A DNA stretch of 64,000 nt from a marine bacterium AO1-C (lineage in GTDB: Bacteria > Bacteroidota > Bacteroidia > Cytophagales > Microscillaceae). The stretch's first letter is position 1. Every line of letters starts with the position of its first letter. The position numbers and the translations under genes are program-made. Under the pieces are notes generated by a model. It saw nothing but the letters and a program-made list of their open reading frames with translations. It was not told the origin of the DNA and searched no databases. Below are positions 1 through 10,576 of the stretch, in pieces. The stretch spans positions 552,341-616,340 of the forward strand of contig MLAY01000008.1 in assembly GCA_001890965.1 (NCBI GenBank), written 5' to 3'.

Positions 1-404
1 TTTGAGCCTGTTCATTTCTATATGTCAAAAATAATTTTGTCACTGAACTATCCTATATGTTTTATTTGTTCCACATAATTTTCTAATTATATCGCAATTA
101 TAGCCATAAAGTTTCATAAACCCAATATTTAATATCCAAAAAAACAAAAAAGTTTTTTTATTTAAATCTTATATAAATAGTAATTGGGGCGTTTTTGGGA
201 ACCAATGAGAAAGCTAAAAATCGCTCTTTGAACTAATTCCTTAGGCAATTTTGATGCAGCTATGAGGTTTTAAAAATCACTCAAAAACCTCTTGATTTAG
301 TGCAATCAACCTTTTTGATATAAGCTGGATTCAATAGAAAATAAACGAGTAAAAAACTCACATTTTCTTACATGGGGCACTATTCTGTATTTGTGTACCA
401 ACAA

Positions 405-437
405 AAAAACCCGTGATTTTCACGGGTTTTTGATACT
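405..437. terminator. Bidirectional rho-independent terminator hairpin (cccgtga-ttt-tcacggg) with an A-run upstream and a T-run downstream
   Basis: Sequence aaaaaaacccgtgattttcacgggttttt. It lies just downstream of the stop of the minus-strand aminotransferase gene at 539. Confidence 0.5.
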
Positions 438-538
438 CAAAAAAGTTATTATTTTTTTTAATTTAAATTCTATCACTTGGTGTTGGTGCTTTGCATCCAC
501 CCTCGACCAACAAGTAATAAAATATATATCTAAAATGC

Positions 539-1528
539 TTACTTCACAAATTGGTAAGTACTAGGCATGGTCTTTTGCTTGGCGCGTAGATCACTCACCT
601 CTTCTCCGTAATCTTTGATTTGTTTAATGATGTCTACTCCTACGTTTTCTCCCCACTTGGTGATCAATTTGTTGAACCAGGGACCTACTTCACCAGTACC
701 AATTTTGTAGTTATTGATAGAAGTACAAGGCATCATACAGAAAGGAGTCGCAGTATAGAACGCTTCGTCGGCATTCATGACATCATAAGGCTCAATATTG
801 GCATATTCGTGCTCAAGCCCTATTGCTGGCGCCAATTCCTCGATTACGTACTCCATACTTACTCCACGCAAAATGTTACGAGGCTCAGGAGAAATCAATT
901 TGTTGCCCTTGATAATGAAGAAGTTACTTCCGGTACCTTCGGTAATAAAACCATCTGGATCTAACAACAACGCCCAGTTACGATCACCGCTCATGTTAGA
1001 TACTTCGATGTTGGCCATCATATAAAACATGCGGCTACGGTTTTTTACCTTAGGCTCTTGCAAAGAAGCAGGAATGGCTCTTTGAGAAGGAATGGCCGCG
1101 TTTACCCCTGTATCGTACAATGGTCCCATAGTGGCTACAGTCCATTTGAAAGGGAAATCGGTAATGACTACTGTAGGCTCTACTTTTCCGTCAAAAATCT
1201 CAGAATAGAAAGACAAAGGACCTCGGCTGATATTTACCATCAAACGGTGCTCATCGTGTGGTTGAAACACCTTATCGTTGCGGTCTAATACCTCGTAGCA
1301 AATCTTCTCAAGTTCTTCGATGGTGTGAGGGATTTTGATGTGCAAATAAGCCATAGAACGATACAAACGCTCTAAGTGCTCACGTATTTTGAACTGCTTT
1401 TTGTTGAAAGAACGGGTCATTTCGAACACCATGTCTCCAAACATTAAGGCAGAATCGTATACCGAAATACGCGCTTGTTTTTCGGGGAGAAACTCTCCAT
1501 TGAGGTAAATTACTCTTCCTGAATCCAT
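539..1528 (-). CDS. Aminotransferase class IV (branched-chain amino acid / D-amino acid aminotransferase fold)
   Basis: 329-aa ORF. EGTGSNFF motif and overall pattern typical of IlvE-like fold type IV PLP enzymes. Terminator hairpin downstream. Confidence 0.75.
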   Translation of the reverse strand: MDSGRVIYLNGEFLPEKQARISVYDSALMFGDMVFEMTRSFNKKQFKIREHLERLYRSMAYLHIKIPHTIEELEKICYEVLDRNDKVFQPHDEHRLMVNISRGPLSFYSEIFDGKVEPTVVITDFPFKWTVATMGPLYDTGVNAAIPSQRAIPASLQEPKVKNRSRMFYMMANIEVSNMSGDRNWALLLDPDGFITEGTGSNFFIIKGNKLISPEPRNILRGVSMEYVIEELAPAIGLEHEYANIEPYDVMNADEAFYTATPFCMMPCTSINNYKIGTGEVGPWFNKLITKWGENVGVDIIKQIKDYGEEVSDLRAKQKTMPSTYQFVK

Positions 1529-2054
1529 ATAATAAAGGTTATTTTATGTAGAAAGTTTTTGGGAGATTATGATTCCCTCCCTATCTACTACAATATAATT
1601 AATTTGGTTACAAAATTAGGAATTCAATTCTTTCTTTTGAGTCCATACATGTTTTTTTACATTTTTGTTTCTATATGTGTTTTTTTAAACACAATCACAC
1701 CTTATGAAACTAAAAGAATTAATAGGATTTGGGTAATGATAAAAAAATACCTTCAATAGTTTTTGGAAGCCTTGAGCCAGGGACAATTGATATTCATGTA
1801 GCACCATTTGGACTGAACGACGGAGGAAGCTTAATAAGAGTAGACACAAATAAAGTTCCCAAAGATTGTAGAATACCAAACACAAAGGTTTGGGTAACTA
1901 TGGTTGATTATAATATTGTGACAGTAGAGAAAATTACTGAAAACAATTAATTTGAAAATAATACTCATTATCAAGCCTTACCAATAAGCATTTTGAAGCT
2001 ATACCCATATAGGTTTGCTTGATCACCGTTGTATTTTCCAAAATCTTACAATAA

Positions 2055-2095
2055 AAAAGGCTTTCCCAGTATATTAGAAAAGCCTCTTTTTTATT
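2055..2095. terminator. Rho-independent terminator hairpin (ggcttttc...gaaaagcc) flanked by A/T runs, downstream of the FN3 gene
   Basis: aaaaaaggctttcccagtatattagaaaagcctctttttt. T-run follows the hairpin on the minus strand after the stop at 2128. Confidence 0.45.
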
Positions 2096-2127
2096 TAAAG
2101 TATTAGATAATCTTCTTCTTTTGATGC

Positions 2128-4356
2128 TTAAAAACCACAACCTGAAAAAGTATATGTTGCCGAAAAGTAACCATCCTGTATTGTGGCTACATCCTTACTA
2201 TTAGTTTTAAAAATAAAGAGTTCTAAGCTTCCTGTTTTTTCTCTTATCACATTATTTATTGGCATAAAGCCTCGGTATTCGTTATATGGAAAATCATTTG
2301 CTGCGGCATCTCTTGTCCATTGGTCACGATTGGTAGCAATAAAAAAGCATAAATCAGCGTGTATTAATGCCAAAGGACTGAGTTTGTCATCATAAGAATA
2401 TTCTCTAATCACTGCATCACTACTATTTCTTATCTCGCTTACACGGCCCTTAGCATCATAGGTATACTTAAATTGATACTTCAACGTACCTGTATTCCTG
2501 TAAATCGTCCAGGATGTGCGTTGGCTATTTGTGTTATAAGTAAACACCCAGTTTTCGTAGTCGCTACGGACACCAGTAGTTAGGTCAAAACGATCTGCTT
2601 TTATAGCGGTAAGCAAACCACCAGTATAAGTATATATAAATTCGGTATATGGTTTATCGTTAAAGAATTGAACTACTGTTTTGATAGAGTTATCAGCATT
2701 GTAGGTTATTTCTACTTTCGCAGTAGTTTTATTGTGATATAAAATCTCAGCAAGTCTATTTTGAGCATCATAAACAAACGTTTGCCCTCTTTCGCTGGAA
2801 TTAGGAATACCAGAATATCCTCCTAAAAAGTCTACTTTAGAAAACTTGCAACCATCACTGATACAAGGCTTTACCTCAATTACATTGGAGTAATCAGATA
2901 TTTTGCTAAGGCGTTTAGAACGCAAACGATAATAATAGGTCTGTCTAAAACTTAACCCAAGCTCATCTACATCAAATGAGGTTCCGATGACTTCTTTAGC
3001 CTGATAACCTGGTACAAAGTTGATAAAACTAGCATCAGTAGCGACATCTATTAAATATGAGCTAATATCGGCTTGAGCTTGCCAATTTGCGGTAAATTTA
3101 AAAACCTTTTGGTTAGATGCAGGCTCTGCCACAGGAGCAGGTAATAACCCTGTAACTACCAAAATTGTATTAGAGTAATCCGAGGTGGCGTTTAACCCTT
3201 GAGCGCGCACTCTATAATAATAATTGGTGCTGGCATCTATAGCCTCAATCAGTGCCGAATTTCCTACTACAGCTTTCGCATTATAGTTGGGCAGAATTTG
3301 ACTAAAATTTTCATCAAGCGCCACATCTAACAGGTAAGAAGCTGCATTGGTAGATACTTCCCAGTTTGCCTGAAAACTTCCACTCTGTACATCGCTTGCC
3401 TTGGTAGCTACTGGTGCCGCCAGGTTTACAGTAGTTACAGCCATGACCTCTGAGTGATTAGAAGTAGCTTCAGCATTGACTGCTCTTACCCGATAGAAAT
3501 AATCCTTGCTGGCGTTGAGATCGGATACGACAATATTGTTGGTATTCACGACTCTGTCATTGTAGCCGGGCAGCATTTGTTGAAACAATGCATCTGAGGC
3601 TACATCTATTCTATAAGAAAGGGCTTCAGACATAGGCTTCCAATTGGCCACAAAACTAGTCAATTGTATATTGGTGGCGGGTAATACTTCGGGGCGAGGG
3701 AGCGTACTTGTAAATACCGATTGAACATTAGAATAATTAGAGAACGAATTAGACTGCTTGATTTTTACCCGGTAAAAATACTGTTTGTTTACAGTTACAT
3801 TACTTACTAAAAATGTGGTATCAGCAGCATCAACCTCTACGTTGTCATAGTTTGGTACTCTGTCACGAAATTTTTCATCCAAAGCAACTTCCAACACATA
3901 AGATGTTACCACTGGCATTTTTTTCCAATGCGTTCTAAATCCAGTAGCACTTACCTCAGTAGCTGGGTATACTTCTGGTACATCCAGTGCTTCGGTGGTT
4001 ACCTGAATAGTGTTTGAGTTTTTGGAGGTTTGGTTGGATATATTGGCCCGAACCCTATAAAAGTAAGGCGTGTTGGCTTCTAAACCTATGATAATGAGTG
4101 ACAACTCATTGATCTGCTTCGCTCTGTAGTTTCCTACAAATTGCGTAAACTCTTCATCGGTGGCTACATCTACCTCATAACTCACTGCCCCAGTCACTTT
4201 TTTCCAGTGGGCTTTAAAACTACCCGCAGTTACTTGATCTGCTGGTTCAGCGGTGGGTAATGGGAGTATAAATTCTTTTTCAAATAGTGTACAGCCAGCT
4301 AGTAAATAAATCAGGCACAAGTTCAACGCCCAATTATATATATTATGCTTCGACAT
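2128..4356 (-). CDS. Lipoprotein with five fibronectin type III-like repeats and a C-terminal YD-repeat (Rhs-like) segment
   Basis: Lipobox LLAGC. Five ~90-aa repeats, each with S-Y-x-(L/I)-D-V-A-x-D and Y(F/Y)YRV motifs. The C-terminal ~200 aa carry YxYDxxGR-type repeats (FVYDAQNRL, ITYNADNSI, YTYDAKGRV, YSYDDKL). Confidence 0.7.
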   Translation of the reverse strand: MSKHNIYNWALNLCLIYLLAGCTLFEKEFILPLPTAEPADQVTAGSFKAHWKKVTGAVSYEVDVATDEEFTQFVGNYRAKQINELSLIIIGLEANTPYFYRVRANISNQTSKNSNTIQVTTEALDVPEVYPATEVSATGFRTHWKKMPVVTSYVLEVALDEKFRDRVPNYDNVEVDAADTTFLVSNVTVNKQYFYRVKIKQSNSFSNYSNVQSVFTSTLPRPEVLPATNIQLTSFVANWKPMSEALSYRIDVASDALFQQMLPGYNDRVVNTNNIVVSDLNASKDYFYRVRAVNAEATSNHSEVMAVTTVNLAAPVATKASDVQSGSFQANWEVSTNAASYLLDVALDENFSQILPNYNAKAVVGNSALIEAIDASTNYYYRVRAQGLNATSDYSNTILVVTGLLPAPVAEPASNQKVFKFTANWQAQADISSYLIDVATDASFINFVPGYQAKEVIGTSFDVDELGLSFRQTYYYRLRSKRLSKISDYSNVIEVKPCISDGCKFSKVDFLGGYSGIPNSSERGQTFVYDAQNRLAEILYHNKTTAKVEITYNADNSIKTVVQFFNDKPYTEFIYTYTGGLLTAIKADRFDLTTGVRSDYENWVFTYNTNSQRTSWTIYRNTGTLKYQFKYTYDAKGRVSEIRNSSDAVIREYSYDDKLSPLALIHADLCFFIATNRDQWTRDAAANDFPYNEYRGFMPINNVIREKTGSLELFIFKTNSKDVATIQDGYFSATYTFSGCGF

Positions 4357-5065
4357 AATTCCAAAATAGTTCTGTTAGTGGTATAGTTAATAAATACCTT
4401 GAAGCAAATTAATAAGGGATGAAAAGAGGTAATGGCTGCTGGAGAAATAGCTAAGAATTTACTTTGTGGTATTTTTCACCTGCAAATCTATGCACACCCT
4501 AAGGCGCATTCAAGCCGAACAAAATAATTTGCAGAAGATGTAAGCTTATGAAAAAAAAGACATTCTTTGGAATGAGTAAAATTTCAAACAATACCTTTTT
4601 TGCAAAACAAAACACTTTAAAACACAAAAAAATCAGCACAAAATACACAATTGCATTTATCAGCAAAAACTTCGAGTGGTTGCATAGGTAGTAACTTATT
4701 GAGTATAAATAGAACTAGAGGAGCAAAATGTAAGAAAACATTTGTATTCTTTCATTTCGGTAATTATCCAGCAAGCAAAAAATCACGAAAGAAGAGGGTA
4801 AATATTGCTTTTGCCTGTTTCTAAATATCATTTTTTTAGATAAAGCTTAACAGTCACTGGCTAAAAGCGAACGCAACTTATATGGATTTTCGCAGAGAAT
4901 TGGTAAGACACTAACCAAGAGCCTTGGTATCATACCCCTACTCGCCGTGAGGCAATCGATAAACATGTATTTGCCCAACTCTGGCCGAGTGAGCAATATC
5001 AAGAGGTTTCCAGTTATAAACAGGTACAGATTATTGTAGCAGGTTTCATATTATAAGCAAACATC

Positions 5066-5102
5066 AACAGGTTTTGCAGACAGCGTGTCCACAAAACCTG
5101 TT
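5066..5102. other. Strong 11-bp-stem hairpin (aacaggttttg / caaaacctgtt) with a 15-nt loop, 70 bp downstream of the outer membrane protein gene stop; possible terminator or structured element
   Basis: Perfect inverted repeat seen directly. It is followed by ttggttt on the plus strand and lies inside an 816-bp ORF-free region. Confidence 0.35.
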
Positions 5103-5172
5103 TTGGTTTAAGAGAGCGTAAGAAAAGATAAGGTTTCTCAAACCCTCAATATTCACTATATATAGCAATTAT

Positions 5173-7914
5173 CTACTTTCCTTTTTTACCCAACGCTTTG
5201 AAAGAATACGCCAGGGATACCATAAAGTAGCGTCCAATGGTTTGTACTCTTTGCTCCTGGACAAAGTTTAGACTACTGTTTCGCGTAATACCTTGGTTAC
5301 GATCCAATATATCAAAGGCAATCAATTTGAGTTGAAGGCGGTTTTGTATAAACGATTTTGCCAATGATGCACGTAGCAAAGGTACAATTTGAGCTCCACC
5401 AGTAAAAGCTTCTCCTGTAAATACCGATTGGGTAAAATTCACGCCCAATTCCCAGGTTTTACCCAAATCCAGGTCTCCTTCTACGAAATAATCTTCCTGC
5501 ATAAAAGTTCGGTCTAAATCGTTGGCATCAGAGTACGCTGTAAAGTTCTGAGAAAAAGTAGCACCAGCTTTTATGTCCATCTTTTTCTTTCTGAAGTTTT
5601 CCAAAGTAAACCTGATAGAGTTTGTCCGACGATTTATTGTATTTTCTACACTATTTACAAACACAATGCCTTGGCCCAGAGAAGCATTCCCATTCACGCG
5701 TATCTTGGCGGCCATCCAGCGTAAAGGCGTACTGTATGACAAATATCCATTGATGTTAGCATCAAAATGTACGTTTACTGGTTGGCTAAACTGATTCAAC
5801 AAGCGATCATTGATTACCTTATTGGTGATTTTATTCTGGGTGTAGCTTCCGGTAAAGCCTCCAAAAATACTGGTAAATGAAAACTGATCAAACGAGTAAT
5901 AATTTAGGTTTACACGATGAACAAATTCTGCATCAAGTTCTGGATTTCCCTGAAAAATATTCGTAGGGTTGCTGTTATCTACCACTGGGCGTAACTGATC
6001 CATACTGGGCGCATTGATATTGGTACTATAGTTTATGTTTAGGCCTTTGGAACCTGCCATACGCCAACGTAAACGCACACTGGGCAACACATTCATAAAC
6101 ACTCGATCGATGCGGGTTTCAGAGGTAGTAATGACCCCGTTCAAAGTAGAATACTGGGCACTGGCTCCAATGGTAAGATTGAGGTTATTTTTATTGTAGA
6201 GAAAGTTCACGATTCCTCGATCAAAGGTAAAGTCGTTGGTATAACGATTACTTAGAGAGTCGATAAAAGTTTCAGGGGTAACTCCAGCATTAAAGAAATC
6301 TTTGAAAGAATTGTTGTTAAAGTTATTGCGCTGATACTTTACTTCTACAAATCTACCTCTACCCAAAGGCTCTATGAAAGACAATTGCACATCGTAGTTT
6401 AACTGTCGATTGTTGAGCGGTTGGCGTTGATTGGTAACCAATGATGGTAAAAGTATGCCCGCAGATTGTTCGTTATTCAAGCGATCTACGCTTTCCAGAT
6501 TTTGTGTGCCTACTTGCCCCTGAAATACCAACGTACGACCTCGTTTGCCAAAACGTTTGCGGAATAGCAAGCGAGTATTCACGCCCAGTTCCTGACTATT
6601 TGCCTGGGTATTGCTATTGGCTTGACTCACGGAAGCATCATTCAGGCGGTTGTCTGTTATGTTTGCCTCATCGTTGTTTCCTTCGTTGTACAATAAATCT
6701 ACATAAAAACGTAAACGAGTTTTTTTACCAAAATTATGATCCAGACGCATATTGGCGCGATGGTTCCAATTGCGTAAAGTTTGATCGCGGGTAGTATTGG
6801 TAAAAAAGGTGCTGGAATCTACAAAGGTTTCCCGGTCGGTTACCTGGTTGATGTCGTTGCCAATGAAGTTGTAAAAGTAGTTGGCATGTAAACGAGTTTT
6901 CTTGCTTATATCACGATTGAAGTTTACCCCTAACACTTGGGTACTGGCCAGGGCCTGGCTACTATTCAAGCGTAACAAAGCACTCAACCCGCTGGTTCCT
7001 CCGCTTCTGATATTACTGATAGCTCCCTGGCTAATGTTCTGAAAACCACCCACAAACCCTACATAATCGACAAACGAGAAGGGCTGTTCATTGATGTTAT
7101 TGGCTCCCCCCAACAAAGATATTTGGGTTTTGGAGTCAAAGCGGTTGAAGTTAAATTTTCCATTGTAGCGATCGTCGGTACCGTACCCAGCAGATACATT
7201 TCCGAAAAATCCTCCTTTACGGTTTTTCTTCAAAACCAGGTTGATGGTTTTCTCCCGGTCGCCATCGTCTACGCCCGTAAATTTTGACATTTCAGATTTG
7301 TCATCAAATACCTGTACCTTGTCTATAGCATCAGCTGGGAGGTTTTTGGTAGCTATTTTAGGGTCTTTACCAAAAAACTCTTTACCATCTACCAATACTT
7401 TTTTCACCTCTTTTCCCTGGGCTTTGACCTTCCCATCTTTGTCTACCTCTACCCCAGGCAATTGTTTGAGTAGCTTTTCTACATTGGCGTTGGGTTTGGT
7501 TCGAAAGGCCTTGGAGTTGTATTCTATGGTGTCTTTCTTGATAACAATAGGCACTCGGTCCTCTTTTACCACAATCTCCTTCAGCATCTTTTTGTCTTCC
7601 TCGAGCTTTACATCTCCCAAAGATAGTTCTTTACCTTTTTCTAAGGTTAAAGGCTTATTGAGCGGTTTGAATCCAGTAAAAGATACCTGTAACAAGTATT
7701 TTCCGGCTTTGGCACCTTTTAGTACAAACTGACCTTTACCATCGGCAATGGCGAACTTGGTCAGGATAGAATCAGGTAAACTCATCAGCAACACTGATGC
7801 TCCTGGCAAGGCTTTGCCTTCTGGGTCGGTAATCTTACCATTTACATTTTGAGCTAAAGCAGCGGTATTCCAGCCTATGAGGGCTAATAGTATATAAAAT
7901 GTTAGCTTTTTCAT
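5173..7914 (-). CDS. Outer membrane beta-barrel protein with an N-terminal carboxypeptidase-regulatory-like (CarbD_reg) domain (TonB-dependent-receptor-like, plugless family)
   Basis: 913 aa with signal peptide. N-terminal NGKITDPEGKALPGASV motif, long beta-rich C-terminus ending in an aromatic residue. Paralog of 44025..46802. Confidence 0.75.
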   Translation of the reverse strand: MKKLTFYILLALIGWNTAALAQNVNGKITDPEGKALPGASVLLMSLPDSILTKFAIADGKGQFVLKGAKAGKYLLQVSFTGFKPLNKPLTLEKGKELSLGDVKLEEDKKMLKEIVVKEDRVPIVIKKDTIEYNSKAFRTKPNANVEKLLKQLPGVEVDKDGKVKAQGKEVKKVLVDGKEFFGKDPKIATKNLPADAIDKVQVFDDKSEMSKFTGVDDGDREKTINLVLKKNRKGGFFGNVSAGYGTDDRYNGKFNFNRFDSKTQISLLGGANNINEQPFSFVDYVGFVGGFQNISQGAISNIRSGGTSGLSALLRLNSSQALASTQVLGVNFNRDISKKTRLHANYFYNFIGNDINQVTDRETFVDSSTFFTNTTRDQTLRNWNHRANMRLDHNFGKKTRLRFYVDLLYNEGNNDEANITDNRLNDASVSQANSNTQANSQELGVNTRLLFRKRFGKRGRTLVFQGQVGTQNLESVDRLNNEQSAGILLPSLVTNQRQPLNNRQLNYDVQLSFIEPLGRGRFVEVKYQRNNFNNNSFKDFFNAGVTPETFIDSLSNRYTNDFTFDRGIVNFLYNKNNLNLTIGASAQYSTLNGVITTSETRIDRVFMNVLPSVRLRWRMAGSKGLNINYSTNINAPSMDQLRPVVDNSNPTNIFQGNPELDAEFVHRVNLNYYSFDQFSFTSIFGGFTGSYTQNKITNKVINDRLLNQFSQPVNVHFDANINGYLSYSTPLRWMAAKIRVNGNASLGQGIVFVNSVENTINRRTNSIRFTLENFRKKKMDIKAGATFSQNFTAYSDANDLDRTFMQEDYFVEGDLDLGKTWELGVNFTQSVFTGEAFTGGAQIVPLLRASLAKSFIQNRLQLKLIAFDILDRNQGITRNSSLNFVQEQRVQTIGRYFMVSLAYSFKALGKKGK

Positions 7915-8056
7915 GGTTTTGTATTTTGTCTGGTAGATAGTTCATAGCATCTATGATGTTGTCAAAAGTTTTCAGTTAATCACTAGATGTAATTCTCAAA
8001 AACCAATCACCTGATACTATAGATTATATATTGCTATGAACTATCGACTCATCACC

Positions 8057-8806
8057 TTAGAATTTTCCTTTGCTTCTGCGTTGTTCTCTCATTTCCTGCA
8101 TCTTTTCCTTGACAATCTTGTTGAATTGCTTGCGGGTCACTTTTTTTCCTTTTTTAGGTGCTTTAATAGCGTCAGCTTCTAGTTTCTTAAATTCTATTTT
8201 AGAAGCAGTGGTGGTGGCTTCAAATTTCCCGTTGCCTTTTTCACTCTTTGAGGATGATTTCATCTCAAGGATCAATCCTGGTAATTGGCCATAGCCTTGA
8301 GGCCCAGAAGGAACCGGAATTTGCATCGTAAACCAAGCTTCCAGCGTGCGTTTCTCTTCTTCAAGGGTGGCTTTACGGCAATCATATCCTTGTATTTTTT
8401 TGGTTTCAGCACTGAGCTTCCACTTATGTTGTTTGGGCTTGTCTTTGATCAAAAATTTACGTCCTAAAAATGAGCGCTGTTCTACTATTTCTTGCTTGCT
8501 GGTATTGTAATACATTTGGTTATCATTTCTACCAAAACTCATAAAGCCTCGTCTTTCTTTTGGATCAACTTCTTTGTTGGGATCTTCATAGGTTTTGTAC
8601 ATGGTTTCACTGGCATTGAACAACAATTGATGTGTGATTACTCGATTTTGCATCTTTTCGAGTTGTTCTTTAGAAATCATTCTCTTAAACCTTTCTGGAA
8701 TCTGCATTTTCATTTTGGTGGCATAGATTATTCGCCCTTCATTGTTTTGAGCCTGCGACATGAAAGGTATCCAGATAAGGACTAGTAGAAAAGTTAGTTT
8801 TTTCAT
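8057..8806 (-). CDS. GLPGLI family protein (Bacteroidota-specific, TIGR01200-like)
   Basis: 249 aa with signal peptide. GYGQLPGLILEMK motif. Immediately upstream of the outer membrane protein gene on the same strand. Paralog of 46920..47801. Confidence 0.7.
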   Translation of the reverse strand: MKKLTFLLVLIWIPFMSQAQNNEGRIIYATKMKMQIPERFKRMISKEQLEKMQNRVITHQLLFNASETMYKTYEDPNKEVDPKERRGFMSFGRNDNQMYYNTSKQEIVEQRSFLGRKFLIKDKPKQHKWKLSAETKKIQGYDCRKATLEEEKRTLEAWFTMQIPVPSGPQGYGQLPGLILEMKSSSKSEKGNGKFEATTTASKIEFKKLEADAIKAPKKGKKVTRKQFNKIVKEKMQEMREQRRSKGKF

Positions 8807-9075
8807 CTTTTGAGAATTTTAAATGAGTTAATGGTATAAAGTAGGGATGGTATAAGCACGTAAAATGTTTTATTGTGATTCTGAAATCATCGCGACTTCT
8901 ATATTTTACACCACACCTTGGTTAATAAATCTAAGATAAGCACAAGCCTGATATTTCGTTTCGAAAATCTACAAACTACCCAAGTAACTCGTCCTACCTT
9001 AAAAAAACCTAGCTCTATACTTTGATAAACAATTTCGTACAGCTTTGGTTTTTTATTAATTATAAGGCAAGTATA

Positions 9076-9133
9076 ATACTATTTTTATAGTAACAAAACT
9101 ATTTTATTAGTTTTTATACTATTTTTATAGTAA
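9076..9133. repeat. Two perfect 18-bp direct repeats (atactatttttatagtaa) spaced 40 bp apart in an intergenic region
   Basis: Seen directly at 9076-9093 and 9116-9133. Confidence 0.6.
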
Positions 9134-9413
9134 TTAAGAAATTTGATAAATAATAGGTTAGCTACAGTTATACCACATTGAAGGCAAAACATAGAGAGAA
9201 AAAGCTATCATGGCTGATGCTTTCCTGAGAAAAGATAGTAAATCGGTAGAATACTGGGGTGCTATTTAGCTTATTGATGCATTTGTTATTTTTGGTAAAT
9301 GGAGGGGCTATAGGGAACAATAAACCAACTTTTTAACTACAAGTTATAAATGTTCATGAGGGCGTATAGCCCTCACGCCATTTATATCTAATCAATCGCA
9401 TGATTGCTCTACA

Positions 9414-9938
9414 TTATGCCCATACTCCTGCCAGTGCTTTAGCTTCAATATCTTTGGCAAACAGGGGAGCCTCTTCGTTGATATGCAACTGAAAAGGGGT
9501 ATTGGCTGGGTCTATGTCCTTGGTAAGTTCGTGGGTGGCATGGATAAACGCCTCGTTTTCTGTTTCAGAAGTTACTTTACAAGTCAATGTACAGGTACTG
9601 TCATCAATCTTTTCCAGGCTCAATTCCCAGGTAATTTGCAGCAAAACATATTTTTCATCATCCAGCCAAAGTACCGTATTTGGCGAAACCGTTAAAACCC
9701 GATCTTTTTCAGAAATGGTTTCGATATAGTGTTGAACCATAAAAAAACCTGCCACAAACTCTACATTCATCGATACTCTTTTCCCCGAGGGAAGTCTGCC
9801 CTGAGCAGCACTTTGATGCCCCTCTGCACAGGCCGCATACTCTTCTGAACTAATATTAAATAGCCATTCTGAAATGTTGATTGAATCAATGTTGGCATTT
9901 ATGGTTGCCTGAGCTATAGCTTCTCCTAGTTTATGCAT
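9414..9938 (-). CDS. Hypothetical protein
   Basis: 174-aa ORF, no recognisable motif. Confidence 0.4.
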   Translation of the reverse strand: MHKLGEAIAQATINANIDSINISEWLFNISSEEYAACAEGHQSAAQGRLPSGKRVSMNVEFVAGFFMVQHYIETISEKDRVLTVSPNTVLWLDDEKYVLLQITWELSLEKIDDSTCTLTCKVTSETENEAFIHATHELTKDIDPANTPFQLHINEEAPLFAKDIEAKALAGVWA

Positions 9939-9999
9939 CTGTTTTCTCTTTTTCTAATGGTGTTGTGAAATCGTTGAATCTTTGTTTGAAAGTTATATT

Positions 10000-10479
10000 C
10001 TAGAAATAAGTATTCTTGTTTCTGAACTTCCCTCCAATCATCCAGAAAAGAAATCGCATAGAACCATGGATTGGTTGAACAGCATCCCAATGTTCGGTGA
10101 TGAGTCCATCTTCTACTTTCCAGATATCCATAATGTTTAGTCCCTTTTGAGGGTTTCCACGGTGCTTTTTGTTATTGGTTGCATGAGAATGAACTGTTAC
10201 AAATGGGCCATCTACATAAATATGTTTTACATCATAGACATAGTCAGGATACCTTTTAGCAAAATTGGATACTACCTTTAGTACACCTGTTAAGCCATCT
10301 ACCATGCTTTGGTTATGCTGTCGGTATGGGTGGCTTCCATATTTCTTTTTGATGTATTCAAAATCATGGTCGTTCATCAAGTGCTGCACAAAATCAGTCA
10401 CTATCTCGGCGTTTCTAGTCTCTTCTTCGGTCCAGCTTGACTTTTTAAGTCTTTCTAAATCTACTTTTAATGTATCCAT
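10000..10479 (-). CDS. NTF2-like / SnoaL-like (ester cyclase-type) protein
   Basis: 159 aa. Divergently paired with an HxlR-type regulator, which is the usual arrangement for SnoaL-like genes. Fold assignment is by sequence pattern only. Confidence 0.5.
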   Translation of the reverse strand: MDTLKVDLERLKKSSWTEEETRNAEIVTDFVQHLMNDHDFEYIKKKYGSHPYRQHNQSMVDGLTGVLKVVSNFAKRYPDYVYDVKHIYVDGPFVTVHSHATNNKKHRGNPQKGLNIMDIWKVEDGLITEHWDAVQPIHGSMRFLFWMIGGKFRNKNTYF

Positions 10480-10576
10480 TGTTATACTATTTAGATGTGT
10501 TTAAAATATTTTTACTCACTTGCATTTTGCAAGTTTTGCAAATATAGATACATTTACTTGCAAAAAACAAGTGTTT

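Noticed and set aside
620-1288. Plus-strand ORFs (620-964, 798-1025, 1058-1288) antisense to the aminotransferase gene
   Set aside because: They are fully embedded in a well-supported minus-strand CDS and are low-complexity with no motifs. Typical antisense artefacts.
7241-7732. 163-aa plus-strand ORF antisense to outer membrane protein copy 1, with a look-alike ORF (46060-46491) antisense to copy 2
   Set aside because: The apparent conservation is a by-product of the two sense-strand paralogs being about 85% identical in that segment. Ser/Thr/Leu-rich composition is typical of antisense reading of AG-rich coding DNA.
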